A stretch of 42,718 nt of DNA from positions 1 through 42,718 of the IMG/VR virus record IMGVR_UViG_3300014011_000001. One strand, written 5' to 3'. The translations under genes were made by a program, and so were the position numbers. The notes beneath the pieces were generated by a model. That model was not told the DNA's origin. It did not search any database and saw only the letters and a program-made list of their open reading frames with translations. Shown here one piece after another: positions 27,563 to 35,503 of the stretch. The DNA comes from a virus. How positions within the stretch are numbered: position 1 is the first letter of the stretch; each line of letters opens with the position of its first letter.

Positions 27563-30238
27563 ATGGTGCAATATTATTATGACAAGTTTACATCAATACA
27601 GAATAACAATTACACTTATGACTTAACGTCAATAACACAAAACCAATACGCAGCAGCACAAGAGGGCGTGGGTAAGGGCTGTTTAGAGGCGGTTTTTAAT
27701 GGTTCTTATGCACAAAACACAATATTAAGCGATACTGTTTATAAAAGTTTCAGTATATCAAATGCGGGGGCATTTGTGGGAAGTGGTGCTGTAGCAATAG
27801 GATATAGTTCGCTTAAAACACTTAAAGCTATCTACGAAGAAGTAGCAGGAGCGCAAGCTACAGGGGCAACCCAAATAATGGTAGAGGTGACGTCTAGTTC
27901 ATCGGGTACAGGTTTTTTTACAGTTGAACTACACCGTGGGGGTATGTCCGACGCAAACTACCGAGTCGCTATATCTAAAATAACAACTAGACTTGTTAGT
28001 ACAACTTACTCAAAAGGCTCATTAGTACAATCCAACATTGCTGCAGAGGACGGCACATATCCAGCAAACGGACGTCATACGGACGGTTTTTGGTACGTTA
28101 AAGGTGCAGCAGTTGGGCCGTTACCGCCGGGTACGATAATCAATTCACAATACAATATACGAGGTGCGGAAGCGCGTAGGGTGGTTCAATTGGCGAATGG
28201 AACGTTAATCGCAACGACTCAAACGTCCGACACAGGAAACACTCATATTTTCGCATACAAAAGCACAAACAATGGTCTCGCATGGACACCTTTAAATAAT
28301 ATCTATTCTAGAGCCAATAATAGTGGTAATACAGGGGATTTGTATTGGAGTATTGTCGCCTTGGGTAATGAATTTGGTATCGTTGCACAAGCGGAGTATC
28401 AGAAAACAGTAGAATTTACTCGATTTACCGAAAATGGTATCAAAATAAATTCTAAGTATATTTACGTTGGTTCTCCAAGTGCGACAGTTTTGTGTAAAGG
28501 TGTTTCAATAGCCATCGATCCACAAAACCAAAACATCATGCATGTGGCATGGTCTATTAAGGATAACAATTCTCACAATCTGTTTTATTCCAAAACCGTC
28601 GACGGAGGTATTATGTGGTCGTCGCCGGAGAAATTGACGCAATATAATACAGCGGGTCAAGGGTTCTTAAATCCTTCAATTGTTTGTGTCAACGGAAAAC
28701 CGGTAATTATTTCGTATATAGACAGCACGGTCAATAATCAATACTTGATACATTCTCTTTATTGGGATGGTTCGAAGTGGGTGAGCAAAAATGCGTCATT
28801 TACAGATTCAACCAATGTAGCACTTAAAAAGAGTGCGCCATCAGCCGTAGTAGATAAATACGGCGTGATTCATGTCACATGGGATGGGCCAACGGCATCA
28901 AGTGTTAAAAACAACATACATTATATATCTAGTCCGGATGGAGGCGTTACATGGACGTCGTTCAAAGCATTAACCAATGTAAGTGGTCTTTTATTGATGG
29001 TAGAGCCATCAATCACAGTAGACAAAAACAATACGCTATACATCATGTATGCTGGTACAGATTCGCAAGAAACAACATATAGAGACATTAGATTACTCAA
29101 AAAGCAGAGTGGCGGAAATTGGATAGATACTAAAATTGCGGACGAAGGGGTTACGTTGACTAATCCTAGCACATTATACGATCCGTCATTCAAACTATCT
29201 TTTGGCGATGCACCGCCGACGATGTATCGATCATCAAATGGTATGAAATTTATCGGAACGTTTTCGACAAATACAGCGCCGACAGTTACATTAATATCAC
29301 CAGAAAATAACCAAACGTTGTACGAAAACGACACAATCAATATTTCGGGCGATGCCTATGATGCAGACAAAGATCAATCAGTAACAGTTTTCTACCAAAT
29401 TAATGGGGAGCAAAGAAAGGTTTTAGCAACGAACGTCAGTCAGACACAAATTACATTATCTAAGCAACTCACATTTAAAGGTGGCAAATTGTATGATGGC
29501 GAAACTCTACTTACTGGAACACTAGCTGAAGGGGTAGCCCACACGTTGAAAGTTTGGGCAGTAGACAGTGAAAACAGCCAGTCAGCTACTATTGAGCGAA
29601 CATTCTATGTCGTGCCTAACCGAGCTCCTTTACTATCTGTTGATGCGGTGGTACCTGCAGGTGTAGTTGATACAGACAAATTTAAAATCAGTGGTACATC
29701 ATCTGATCCAGATGCAAACGCGAATGTTAAAATAACAAAAAAAGTAAACGCTAATAACCCTGTTGAAATCTATAACGGACCAGGCGGTGCATGGGAGTTT
29801 GATGTATCACTTGCTGAACTTGTAGTAGGTGAAAATACCATCGTTATTGAAGTAATAGACAACTATGGTGCTAAGACAAGTAAAACAATAAAACTTAAAA
29901 AGAATGAAATTAAAACGCCTATTTTGCATGCTGTAGCGAGGTACAAAATTACACCTCCTGCTGGTTCTGCAAAGGGCGTTTTATTATTCATTGAGCGAGA
30001 CGAGGACATGGATCTAACAGTTGAGTTATCTATGACGTTAATAGGCGAGCAAGAGCAGTATGAAACGCTAACAGCCAATAACACAGCTCCTATGCCTAAC
30101 ACTAATGGCATTGTTGAGGATACTTTTTATTACGAGGCCACTGAGCCAAAAGATAACATCATTTTGAAAATCTCTACAACACGGCCAGATGCAACAGTTA
30201 ATCATAAAATCCACTTACTATCGGGGGCGGTTGAGTAA
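27563..30238 (+). CDS. Tail fibre / receptor-binding protein with BNR (Asp-box) sialidase-like propeller and Ig-like repeats
   Basis: 891 aa. Asp-boxes STNNGLAWT (about 28262), SKTVDGGIMWSS (about 28590) and SSPDGGVTWTS (about 28930). The C-terminal part has Ig-like segments (TVTLISPENNQTLYENDTINISGDAYDADKD..., APLLSVDAVVPAGVVDTDKFKISGTSSDPD...). Confidence 0.75.
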   Translation: MVQYYYDKFTSIQNNNYTYDLTSITQNQYAAAQEGVGKGCLEAVFNGSYAQNTILSDTVYKSFSISNAGAFVGSGAVAIGYSSLKTLKAIYEEVAGAQATGATQIMVEVTSSSSGTGFFTVELHRGGMSDANYRVAISKITTRLVSTTYSKGSLVQSNIAAEDGTYPANGRHTDGFWYVKGAAVGPLPPGTIINSQYNIRGAEARRVVQLANGTLIATTQTSDTGNTHIFAYKSTNNGLAWTPLNNIYSRANNSGNTGDLYWSIVALGNEFGIVAQAEYQKTVEFTRFTENGIKINSKYIYVGSPSATVLCKGVSIAIDPQNQNIMHVAWSIKDNNSHNLFYSKTVDGGIMWSSPEKLTQYNTAGQGFLNPSIVCVNGKPVIISYIDSTVNNQYLIHSLYWDGSKWVSKNASFTDSTNVALKKSAPSAVVDKYGVIHVTWDGPTASSVKNNIHYISSPDGGVTWTSFKALTNVSGLLLMVEPSITVDKNNTLYIMYAGTDSQETTYRDIRLLKKQSGGNWIDTKIADEGVTLTNPSTLYDPSFKLSFGDAPPTMYRSSNGMKFIGTFSTNTAPTVTLISPENNQTLYENDTINISGDAYDADKDQSVTVFYQINGEQRKVLATNVSQTQITLSKQLTFKGGKLYDGETLLTGTLAEGVAHTLKVWAVDSENSQSATIERTFYVVPNRAPLLSVDAVVPAGVVDTDKFKISGTSSDPDANANVKITKKVNANNPVEIYNGPGGAWEFDVSLAELVVGENTIVIEVIDNYGAKTSKTIKLKKNEIKTPILHAVARYKITPPAGSAKGVLLFIERDEDMDLTVELSMTLIGEQEQYETLTANNTAPMPNTNGIVEDTFYYEATEPKDNIILKISTTRPDATVNHKIHLLSGAVE

Positions 30239-30453
30239 TGCAAGTTAAACATCGTGACGAAAACGGCCAAATAAAAGAACCAGTACAAGTTGGATCAACA
30301 CCAAACATTGATGCACAAGTTGCAGCACTTGGAATGCAGTTAACACAACAAATACTAGTTGGAATACAAAAGGATGCAATTATTAATGGACTTGGCGCAC
30401 AAGTTGCACAAATGAAGCTTGAATTGATTGCACTGAAAGGAGGTGAAGTATGA
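30238..30453 (+). CDS. Hypothetical small protein (71 aa) upstream of the XkdX-like gene
   Basis: ATGA-type overlap with the fibre gene. Predicted helical. Confidence 0.5.
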   Translation: MQVKHRDENGQIKEPVQVGSTPNIDAQVAALGMQLTQQILVGIQKDAIINGLGAQVAQMKLELIALKGGEV

Positions 30454-30590
30454 TGAACTTTTGGAAAATGGCGTACAACATGAAGTGGGTTACAGCCGAG
30501 CAATTACGTCTAGCTGTAATTACTGAAACTAATCCGTATGGAGAAATTACTACAGAGGAATACAAGGATATTACCAATAAAGAATTTTAA
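30450..30590 (+). CDS. XkdX-family small phage protein (46 aa; below the ORF-track cutoff)
   Basis: Translates MMNFWKMAYNMKWVTAEQLRLAVITETNPYGEITTEEYKDITNKEF. The ...W...V....GEIT.EEYK.IT... signature matches XkdX. GGAGG RBS at 30439-30443. Confidence 0.65.
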   Translation: MMNFWKMAYNMKWVTAEQLRLAVITETNPYGEITTEEYKDITNKEF

Positions 30591-30610
30591 TACGCTGTGA
30601 GAGCAATCGA

Positions 30611-30673
30611 GATGGGTAGTTGTACATGCTACTCATTTTCGATTCGTCTAAGAGGCTTGTAATACAAGCCTCT
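30611..30673 (+). terminator. Two tandem hairpins ending the late operon
   Basis: GATGGGTAG pairs with CTACTCATT (two G-U) followed by TTTTC. A perfect 9-bp stem AGAGGCTTG/CAAGCCTCT lies at 30651-30673. No long U-tract. Confidence 0.4.
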
Positions 30674-30738
30674 CAACTATGAATAAGAACTAGTGTTCCT
30701 ATCCGATTCTATTATTACATATCGGAGGGAAAAAAGAT

Positions 30739-31509
30739 ATGAAAATTTGCAACAACACGATTTATAATATGGATTGCTTGGAGGGTATGAAGTTTATACC
30801 TGACAAATCGGTTGATATGATCCTTTGTGATTTGCCATATGGCACCACAGCATGCAAGTGGGATTCTATTATTCCATTTGACCTTTTATGGCAGCAGTAT
30901 GAGCGCATAATCAAAGACAACGGAGCAATTGTTTTAACAGCAAGCCAGCCATTTACAAGTAAATTAATTATGTCCAATCTAAAATTTTTTAGATACGAGT
31001 GGATCTGGAAGAAAGGTAGCCATGTAACTGGCTTTCAAAATGCTAATCGCATGCCAATGAAAAACCATGAAAATGTATGTGTTTTTTATAAAAAGCTACC
31101 AACCTATAATCCACAGGGTGTGCAACACATTAAGCCTGTGTTAGTGAAAAATTCGCCTACAATGAAAGTTTTAGGTGATCGTAATGCTACATTGACAAAA
31201 CCTCATGTTGTCAAAAAGAAAAACTTTCCTAAATCGGTTGTTGATATTCCACGTGATAGTGGTACATGGCATCCAACACAAAAGCCGATAGCATTATTCG
31301 AATACCTAATACGCACTTATACAAATGAAGGTGCTGTTGTCTTAGATAATTGTATGGGTGGATTTACTACTGCAGTTGCATGTGATAATACAGGCCGTAA
31401 TTGGATTGGCTTTGAATTAGAGGCTGAATACTGTGAAAAGGGCAAGGATCGTATTAACGAAAATAGACAAAGTTTAGGATTACAGTACGTAAGTATTATA
31501 AAAAGTTAG
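30739..31509 (+). CDS. Orphan DNA methyltransferase, N6-adenine/N4-cytosine (beta class)
   Basis: Catalytic motif IV DLPYG (ILCDLPYGTT) precedes the AdoMet motif VLDNCMGGFTTAVAC. HPTQKPIALFEYLI is conserved. No adjacent restriction endonuclease gene. Confidence 0.9.
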   Translation: MKICNNTIYNMDCLEGMKFIPDKSVDMILCDLPYGTTACKWDSIIPFDLLWQQYERIIKDNGAIVLTASQPFTSKLIMSNLKFFRYEWIWKKGSHVTGFQNANRMPMKNHENVCVFYKKLPTYNPQGVQHIKPVLVKNSPTMKVLGDRNATLTKPHVVKKKNFPKSVVDIPRDSGTWHPTQKPIALFEYLIRTYTNEGAVVLDNCMGGFTTAVACDNTGRNWIGFELEAEYCEKGKDRINENRQSLGLQYVSIIKS

Positions 31510-31566
31510 GAGTCACACCAATGTTAAAGGTGTGGCTTTTAAAATGTAAAAAAAGGAGTGCGTAAA

Positions 31567-32031
31567 ATGGGAGGCATGAATTTGGAGTATTTAGAAGTGG
31601 CACATTTATATTTATTTGGTGGAGTAAAATTTCTACATTTATTGCTATTGCTAATGGGTTTAGACATTATAACTGGTGTCTTTAAAGCTTTAAAAATGGG
31701 TAACTTGTGGAGTCGTAAGAGTCTATTTGGTTATGCACGAAAATTGTTGATTTTAATTGTAATTGTTACTGCTAATATTGTCGACCAGGTACTGTCGTTA
31801 GCTGGAACGCTAACATTTGCGACAGTGCTTTTTTATATTGCTAATGAAGCTCTAAGTATTACAGAAAACATGGCTCAACTAGGAGTATTAGTGCCACAAC
31901 AATTAGCTGAAAAGTTAAAAGTAATTGAAAATCAACCAGATGAACGCTTTTCGAATGAAGTACTAAACGAATTAGCAGGAAAGAGTGTTGATAAAGAATT
32001 GGAATCAGGAAAGGATGTGAAAAAACCATGA
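31567..32031 (+). CDS. Holin (phi LC3 / holin 4_1-like)
   Basis: ATG 31567 lies 9 nt after AAGGAG. LLLLMGLDIITGVFKA...SRKSLFGYARKLLILIVIV... and three hydrophobic segments. Directly upstream of and overlapping the endolysin gene. Confidence 0.8.
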   Translation: MGGMNLEYLEVAHLYLFGGVKFLHLLLLLMGLDIITGVFKALKMGNLWSRKSLFGYARKLLILIVIVTANIVDQVLSLAGTLTFATVLFYIANEALSITENMAQLGVLVPQQLAEKLKVIENQPDERFSNEVLNELAGKSVDKELESGKDVKKP

Positions 32032-32729
32032 GTTACAATATTGAGAAACGCTTAATGTCTGGATTACCAAACGCAAGATTAGAAGCTATTAAGTATATAA
32101 TTGCTCACGAATCAGGAAACCCAAACAATTGTGGTCCAAATGCTTTAGAAAACGAAATTGCATATATGAACCGAAATAAAGCAAATGCATTTACCTCTCA
32201 TTGGGTAGGCGATGGAGGGCGTATCGTGCAAATTGCGCCTGTTAATCGTGTACAGTATGGTTGTGGTCCAAAAGGTAATCCATTTAGCTATGCACAGGTA
32301 GAATTAGCAAGAACAAATGACAAAGAGCAATTCAAAAAGGATTATGCTGCTTATATTTGGTTGTTGAGAGAACTAGCAAAAGAGGCTGGAATACCTGTTG
32401 TATTAGATGGGGCAGGTAACGGTATTAAGTCACACCGTTGGATTACAGATAATCTTAAAGGCACAACACACAGAGATCCGTATTCGTATTTAGCGAGCAT
32501 GGGAATCTCCGAGTCACAATTCAAGCTAGACATTTTAAATGGCTTGGAGAAAGTAAAGGGGGCGCAAATTACAGAAGCGAAAGTTATGCTTAATGATACA
32601 AAAACTATTCCAGCAGTAATTATTGATGGTAGGACACACGTTCAAGTCCGTGAGTTAGCCGATCTTTTAGGATTAAAACTTGTGTATAACGATGAAAGTA
32701 AAACAACAAAATTGTATGAAGTAAAATGA
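32028..32729 (+). CDS. Endolysin: N-acetylmuramoyl-L-alanine amidase with a Cu-amine-oxidase-N-like C-terminal domain
   Basis: The N-terminal IIAHESGNP...SHWVGDGGRIVQIAP...AQVELA...SHRWI...THRDP resembles Amidase_2/PGRP-type lysins. The C-terminal VMLNDTKTIPAVIIDGRTHVQVRELADLLGLKLVYNDESKTTKLYE resembles the copper amine oxidase N-terminal (stalk) repeat. Confidence 0.8.
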   Translation: MSYNIEKRLMSGLPNARLEAIKYIIAHESGNPNNCGPNALENEIAYMNRNKANAFTSHWVGDGGRIVQIAPVNRVQYGCGPKGNPFSYAQVELARTNDKEQFKKDYAAYIWLLRELAKEAGIPVVLDGAGNGIKSHRWITDNLKGTTHRDPYSYLASMGISESQFKLDILNGLEKVKGAQITEAKVMLNDTKTIPAVIIDGRTHVQVRELADLLGLKLVYNDESKTTKLYEVK

Positions 32730-32734
32730 TAAAT

Positions 32735-32771
32735 GCCCAGGTACTCATTAATTTGAGCCTGGGCTTTTTTT
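32735..32771 (+). terminator. Rho-independent terminator after the lysis cassette
   Basis: GCCCAGG (32735-32741) pairs with CCTGGGC (32758-32764), plus an inner CTCA/TGAG pairing, followed by TTTTTTT. Confidence 0.75.
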
Positions 32772-32773
32772 GT

Positions 32774-33187
32774 TTATTGTTTATTTATAATTCCTAAGCG
32801 TTCCTTAATGGCGAACTGAAGTAATTGAGAAAAATTAATGTTTTCTTTTTCAGCAGCATCATTTAACCATTTAGGAATAGTTAAAGTTTTTTTAACTGCC
32901 TTATTTTCAATTTCATCTCTAATGTAATCCGTTCTTACCTCTATAATCGAGATAAAAGCTCCCTCAGGAAGTTCAATGCTGCTTGGATTTGATGCATCAG
33001 GAATTTCTTCTCCATCTTCCTCCATTCCATATAAGAAACCTACTAACACATCTTTGGCCATATATACGGCCTCATCCATATTAGAACCTTCTGTAATGCA
33101 TCCAGGTAAGTCAGGGAATGTTATTGTGAAACCTTGTTCATTGTCAGTACCTGGATCAAAAATTGCTGGAAAATAATATTTACCCAT
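32774..33187 (-). CDS. hicB: HicB-family antitoxin
   Basis: YYFPAIFDPGTDNEQGFTITFPDLPGCITEGSNMDEAVYMAKDVL is the HicB/UPF0150 fold. The C-terminal TLTIPKWLNDAAEKENINFSQLLQFAI is RHH-like. Confidence 0.9.
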   Translation of the reverse strand: MGKYYFPAIFDPGTDNEQGFTITFPDLPGCITEGSNMDEAVYMAKDVLVGFLYGMEEDGEEIPDASNPSSIELPEGAFISIIEVRTDYIRDEIENKAVKKTLTIPKWLNDAAEKENINFSQLLQFAIKERLGIINKQ

Positions 33188-33213
33188 CTATATAAAACCT
33201 CCTTGCAGGAGGA

Positions 33214-33405
33214 CTATTTAAGTCCTGCCTGCTTTAGTATTGAGTTTGTAGTGCCTAGTTTAAGGTCTTTCTTTGGATGTGGAACTGTTACAGTTCCTTT
33301 TTTAGTAGGATGTTTAAAGTGATGATGACTTCCAACTGTCCTATGTAAATACCATCCATCTTTGTTAAGTATCTTGATTATTTCTCTTGACGATATATTT
33401 TTCAT
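33214..33405 (-). CDS. hicA: HicA-family mRNA interferase toxin
   Basis: 63 aa. SSREIIKILNKDGWYLHRTVGSHHHFKHPTKKGTVTVPHPKKDLKLGTTNSILKQAGL is a canonical HicA. Confidence 0.9.
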   Translation of the reverse strand: MKNISSREIIKILNKDGWYLHRTVGSHHHFKHPTKKGTVTVPHPKKDLKLGTTNSILKQAGLK

Positions 33406-33430
33406 CTCCTTTCTATATATTTATTATAAC

Positions 33431-33447
33431 ACGTATAATTTATACGT
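33431..33447. promoter_or_regulatory. Perfect 8-1-8 palindrome in the hicA promoter region (probable HicB operator)
   Basis: ACGTATAA-T-TTATACGT, 26 nt upstream of the hicA start, overlapping TATAAT-like hexamers. Confidence 0.5.
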
Positions 33448-33556
33448 ACAATAGTTATCATTAAAATTTTCCATCTTTTTTTATCAAAAGAAACTATTGG
33501 TATATTTATAAATCACAAGTATACTTTGAATAAATATAGAATAGGAGCGATGGTGC

Positions 33557-34048
33557 ATGGTGAAAGCTTTGAATTGTCCCAACTGTGCTGCAGTATTTAA
33601 TCCAAGCAATAAATCATGTGAGTACTGTGGGAGTTATATTATTACTTCTGAAGCAAAGCAATTAACATATGATTTGAATGAGTTTAAGCCTACCTATAAA
33701 AAAATCTTTTTCCATGAAATAGAAATGGGTGCCAATGAGCTGCCGATCCGATCAGGTATGGCGAATATCTATTATAGTGCAACAAAATCTGATGGTGGCC
33801 GTTTGCTACTAACAAATCAACGTCTTATTTTTTGCGCTCATGCTCTAAACATCAATCCTAACCATTATTGGGAAATACAGATTAATGATATAGATCAGGC
33901 AGAACTAGGATTAAATCTTTTCATTTCTCAAAGAGTCAATATTTTTGATAGAACAAATATTAAAACCGTATTCGTAGTATACGGTGGCAAGCAATGGATA
34001 CATGAAATAAATAATGTCTTGAATAAAAGACCTGGAGCACTTATATAG
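33557..34048 (+). CDS. Zn-ribbon plus bacterial PH/GRAM-like (YokE-like) domain protein
   Basis: N-terminal CPNC...CEYCG zinc ribbon. The central GGRLLLTNQRLIFCAH resembles the bPH/YokE-like motif. AGGAG RBS lies 9 nt before ATG 33557. Confidence 0.6.
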   Translation: MVKALNCPNCAAVFNPSNKSCEYCGSYIITSEAKQLTYDLNEFKPTYKKIFFHEIEMGANELPIRSGMANIYYSATKSDGGRLLLTNQRLIFCAHALNINPNHYWEIQINDIDQAELGLNLFISQRVNIFDRTNIKTVFVVYGGKQWIHEINNVLNKRPGALI

Positions 34049-34066
34049 ACTGCTCCTGGTCTTTTG

Positions 34067-34687
34067 TTATTCTCTCCAATTCAAATCTATAAAGCTACTA
34101 ATAGCTTCTTTAATTCGATTCACTGGTGAACCTACTTCATCCACTACGTAGGCAAGCAAGGAAGCCCAAGAGTGATGAGATTCACCATTCTTATTTATAT
34201 ATCTCAAAATCTCTTTAAATTCTCTCATTTCCGATTCTGATAATTCATGTCGTAAGAATTCTTTTATATATGCATTTACAAATCGAGCCTCACTCATGCT
34301 AATTTCTAATAGAATTGCAGTTGCTCTTGATACTGTGCAATCTAGTGCAAAGGCCAATAAAGCAATCGCTGAATACTCACTTTGAGTAAAACGAATTGTA
34401 ACTCTTTCACCTGGTGCGTGTATACGTTTTTCAATTGTTTGATTAGTAACATGACCACGAAAAATGGTAGTGTCAAACAGCAAATCTCTTTTAAAAAATT
34501 GGGACAAGTATTCAATACTTTTTCTATCTTTAATGACCAGCATACAAAGCGATGGACAAACATCTTTAACGTGGGTGTATGTAATGTGCGATAAACGGTA
34601 AATTGCATCTTTTAAATCTAATTTTAGGGTAGGCTTTACATCACGTTTTTTATCTGAGCGTGGACCTCTTGCGCCCTTTTTTTCCAC
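34067..34687 (-). CDS. Hypothetical 206-aa protein with an HTH-like segment (GTG start)
   Basis: Long ORF with a basic N-terminus (KKGARGPRSDKKRDVKPT). LAFALDCTVSRATAILLEI looks like a helix-turn-helix. No family recognised. Confidence 0.55.
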   Translation of the reverse strand: MEKKGARGPRSDKKRDVKPTLKLDLKDAIYRLSHITYTHVKDVCPSLCMLVIKDRKSIEYLSQFFKRDLLFDTTIFRGHVTNQTIEKRIHAPGERVTIRFTQSEYSAIALLAFALDCTVSRATAILLEISMSEARFVNAYIKEFLRHELSESEMREFKEILRYINKNGESHHSWASLLAYVVDEVGSPVNRIKEAISSFIDLNWRE

Positions 34688-34719
34688 TTCCCTCGACCCC
34701 CAATAGCGATTTATTTTAA

Positions 34720-34738
34720 GGACACTGTCTTAGTGTCC
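34720..34738. promoter_or_regulatory. Perfect 7-5-7 palindrome in the leader of the 206-aa gene
   Basis: GGACACT-gtctt-AGTGTCC, 33 nt upstream (minus strand) of the GTG start. Could be an operator or a 5'-UTR hairpin. Confidence 0.4.
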
Positions 34739-34842
34739 CTAGTCCTCTTTTAATTTATGGAAAGCCACCCTTGTCCTAGAACGTATAGGAAAGTTTTTTC
34801 TTGGCCAGACTTGAAACAAATTTAGACGGGGTGATTCGATTA

Positions 34843-34971
34843 ATGAGCACTGGAGAAGAAAAAAAACTTAAGGTTATCGAAGGGGTAAAAAAACAGTCTG
34901 AACGTTATGGCTTCCCTACTTATCCAAACAAGAAAAAGAAAACAGATAAAAAAAAGAACCGAGAAAAATAA
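34843..34971 (+). CDS. Doubtful 42-aa Lys-rich ORF
   Basis: ATG 34843 after GGGGTGA. Translates MSTGEEKKLKVIEGVKKQSERYGFPTYPNKKKKTDKKKNREK. Its 3' end coincides with a minus-strand terminator, so it may be non-coding. Confidence 0.2.
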   Translation: MSTGEEKKLKVIEGVKKQSERYGFPTYPNKKKKTDKKKNREK

Positions 34972-34983
34972 TTTTTTCGGTTC
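34948..34983 (-). terminator. Minus-strand rho-independent terminator
   Basis: 12-bp stem (34956-34967 with 34972-34983, one G-U), loop AUAA, followed on the minus strand by eight U (plus-strand A-run 34948-34955). Confidence 0.55.
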
Positions 34984-35052
34984 TAAAAATTAAAATGTTT
35001 TTAGTACAAATTAAACTTAAAAATTTGAATATGTTTAGAGAAAAAATAGTAC

Positions 35053-35117
35053 CTTTTTGTATTATAGAATTTATAAATATATAGAACTTTTTGTATTAGA
35101 GAATTTATAAATATATA
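35053..35117 (+). repeat. 31-nt direct repeat, two copies, 34-nt period
   Basis: CTTTTTGTATTATAGAATTTATAAATATATA (35053-35083) and CTTTTTGTATTAGAGAATTTATAAATATATA (35087-35117), with one mismatch. Confidence 0.9.
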
Positions 35118-35264
35118 AATCTATTTTTAAAAAGGATTTTATAGCAAAAATATAGAAAATAACTAGGCAAAAGATATATGTTTTTTTATAATTTAAAAAT
35201 AAATTTTAAAAAGAGTTATAATTAAGTTCTAAAGTGGATATAATACTTTCTTTTAATCTTAGAA

Positions 35265-35294
35265 TTGACAGATTGGTCATTTAAATGATAAACT
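35265..35294 (+). promoter_or_regulatory. Sigma-A-like promoter (TTGACA, 18-nt spacer, TGaTAAACT)
   Basis: TTGACA at 35265-35270 and extended -10 TGATAAACT at 35286-35294. Confidence 0.45.
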
Positions 35295-35312
35295 AACCAT
35301 AGTTCAAAAACT

Positions 35313-35344
35313 GTGTTGACAACACTTATTTTTTCTGTTATATT
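35313..35344 (+). promoter_or_regulatory. Strong sigma-A-like promoter with palindromic -35 region
   Basis: TTGACA 35316-35321, 17-nt spacer, extended -10 TGtTATATT (35336-35344). The -35 is embedded in the perfect 13-bp palindrome GTGTTGACAACAC (35313-35325). Confidence 0.6.
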
Positions 35345-35405
35345 AACAAACTCACTTTAGAGTTTTTTCTTAAATAAGTGTGTTAGAACATAAATTTGAA
35401 ACTTA

Positions 35406-35448
35406 TTTAGAATATATTTTAGAACTATATTTAGAATATATTTTAGAA
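35406..35448 (+). repeat. Four TTTAGAA direct repeats with an exact 12-nt period (two copies of a 23-24-nt unit)
   Basis: TTTAGAA at 35406, 35418, 35430 and 35442. The unit TATTTAGAATATATTTTAGAACT is repeated at 35404-35426 and 35428-35450. More TTAGAA(C/T) copies lie at 35259, 35383 and 36201, with an inverted copy at 35225. Confidence 0.9.
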
Positions 35449-35503
35449 CTTAATAATAGACTATATACTTTTTCTTTAACAATATAATTTATTATTAAGT
35501 TGT

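Noticed and set aside
27137-27571. Minus-strand ORFs inside tail genes (27137-27571, 28921-29340, 29863-30111, 30198-30503, 22461-22835, 23118-23369, 17285-17566)
   Set aside because: They are antisense to confidently assigned structural genes and have no independent signals.
31558-31576. Dual-start holin/antiholin motif (GTG-R-K-M-G-G-M)
   Set aside because: GTG 31558 abuts the SD (AAGGAG ends at 31557) with no spacing, so initiation there is unlikely. Only ATG 31567 (or 31576) is plausibly used. I could not support an antiholin isoform.
32976-33322. Plus-strand ORFs 32976-33176 and 33134-33322
   Set aside because: They are antisense to the clearly recognisable hicB and hicA genes.
35401-35428. 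The repeat ACTTATTTAGAATATATTTTAGAACT as a dif site (its left part resembles B. subtilis dif TAGAATATAT)
   Set aside because: The two TAGAA arms are direct, not inverted, and the right arm does not match the dif XerD side. An iteron-like phased direct repeat is the better description.
35040-35460. CRISPR-like array in the AT-rich region
   Set aside because: There are only 2-4 copies with periods of 34 and 12/24 nt, no unique spacers of CRISPR size, no cas genes and no leader-repeat architecture.
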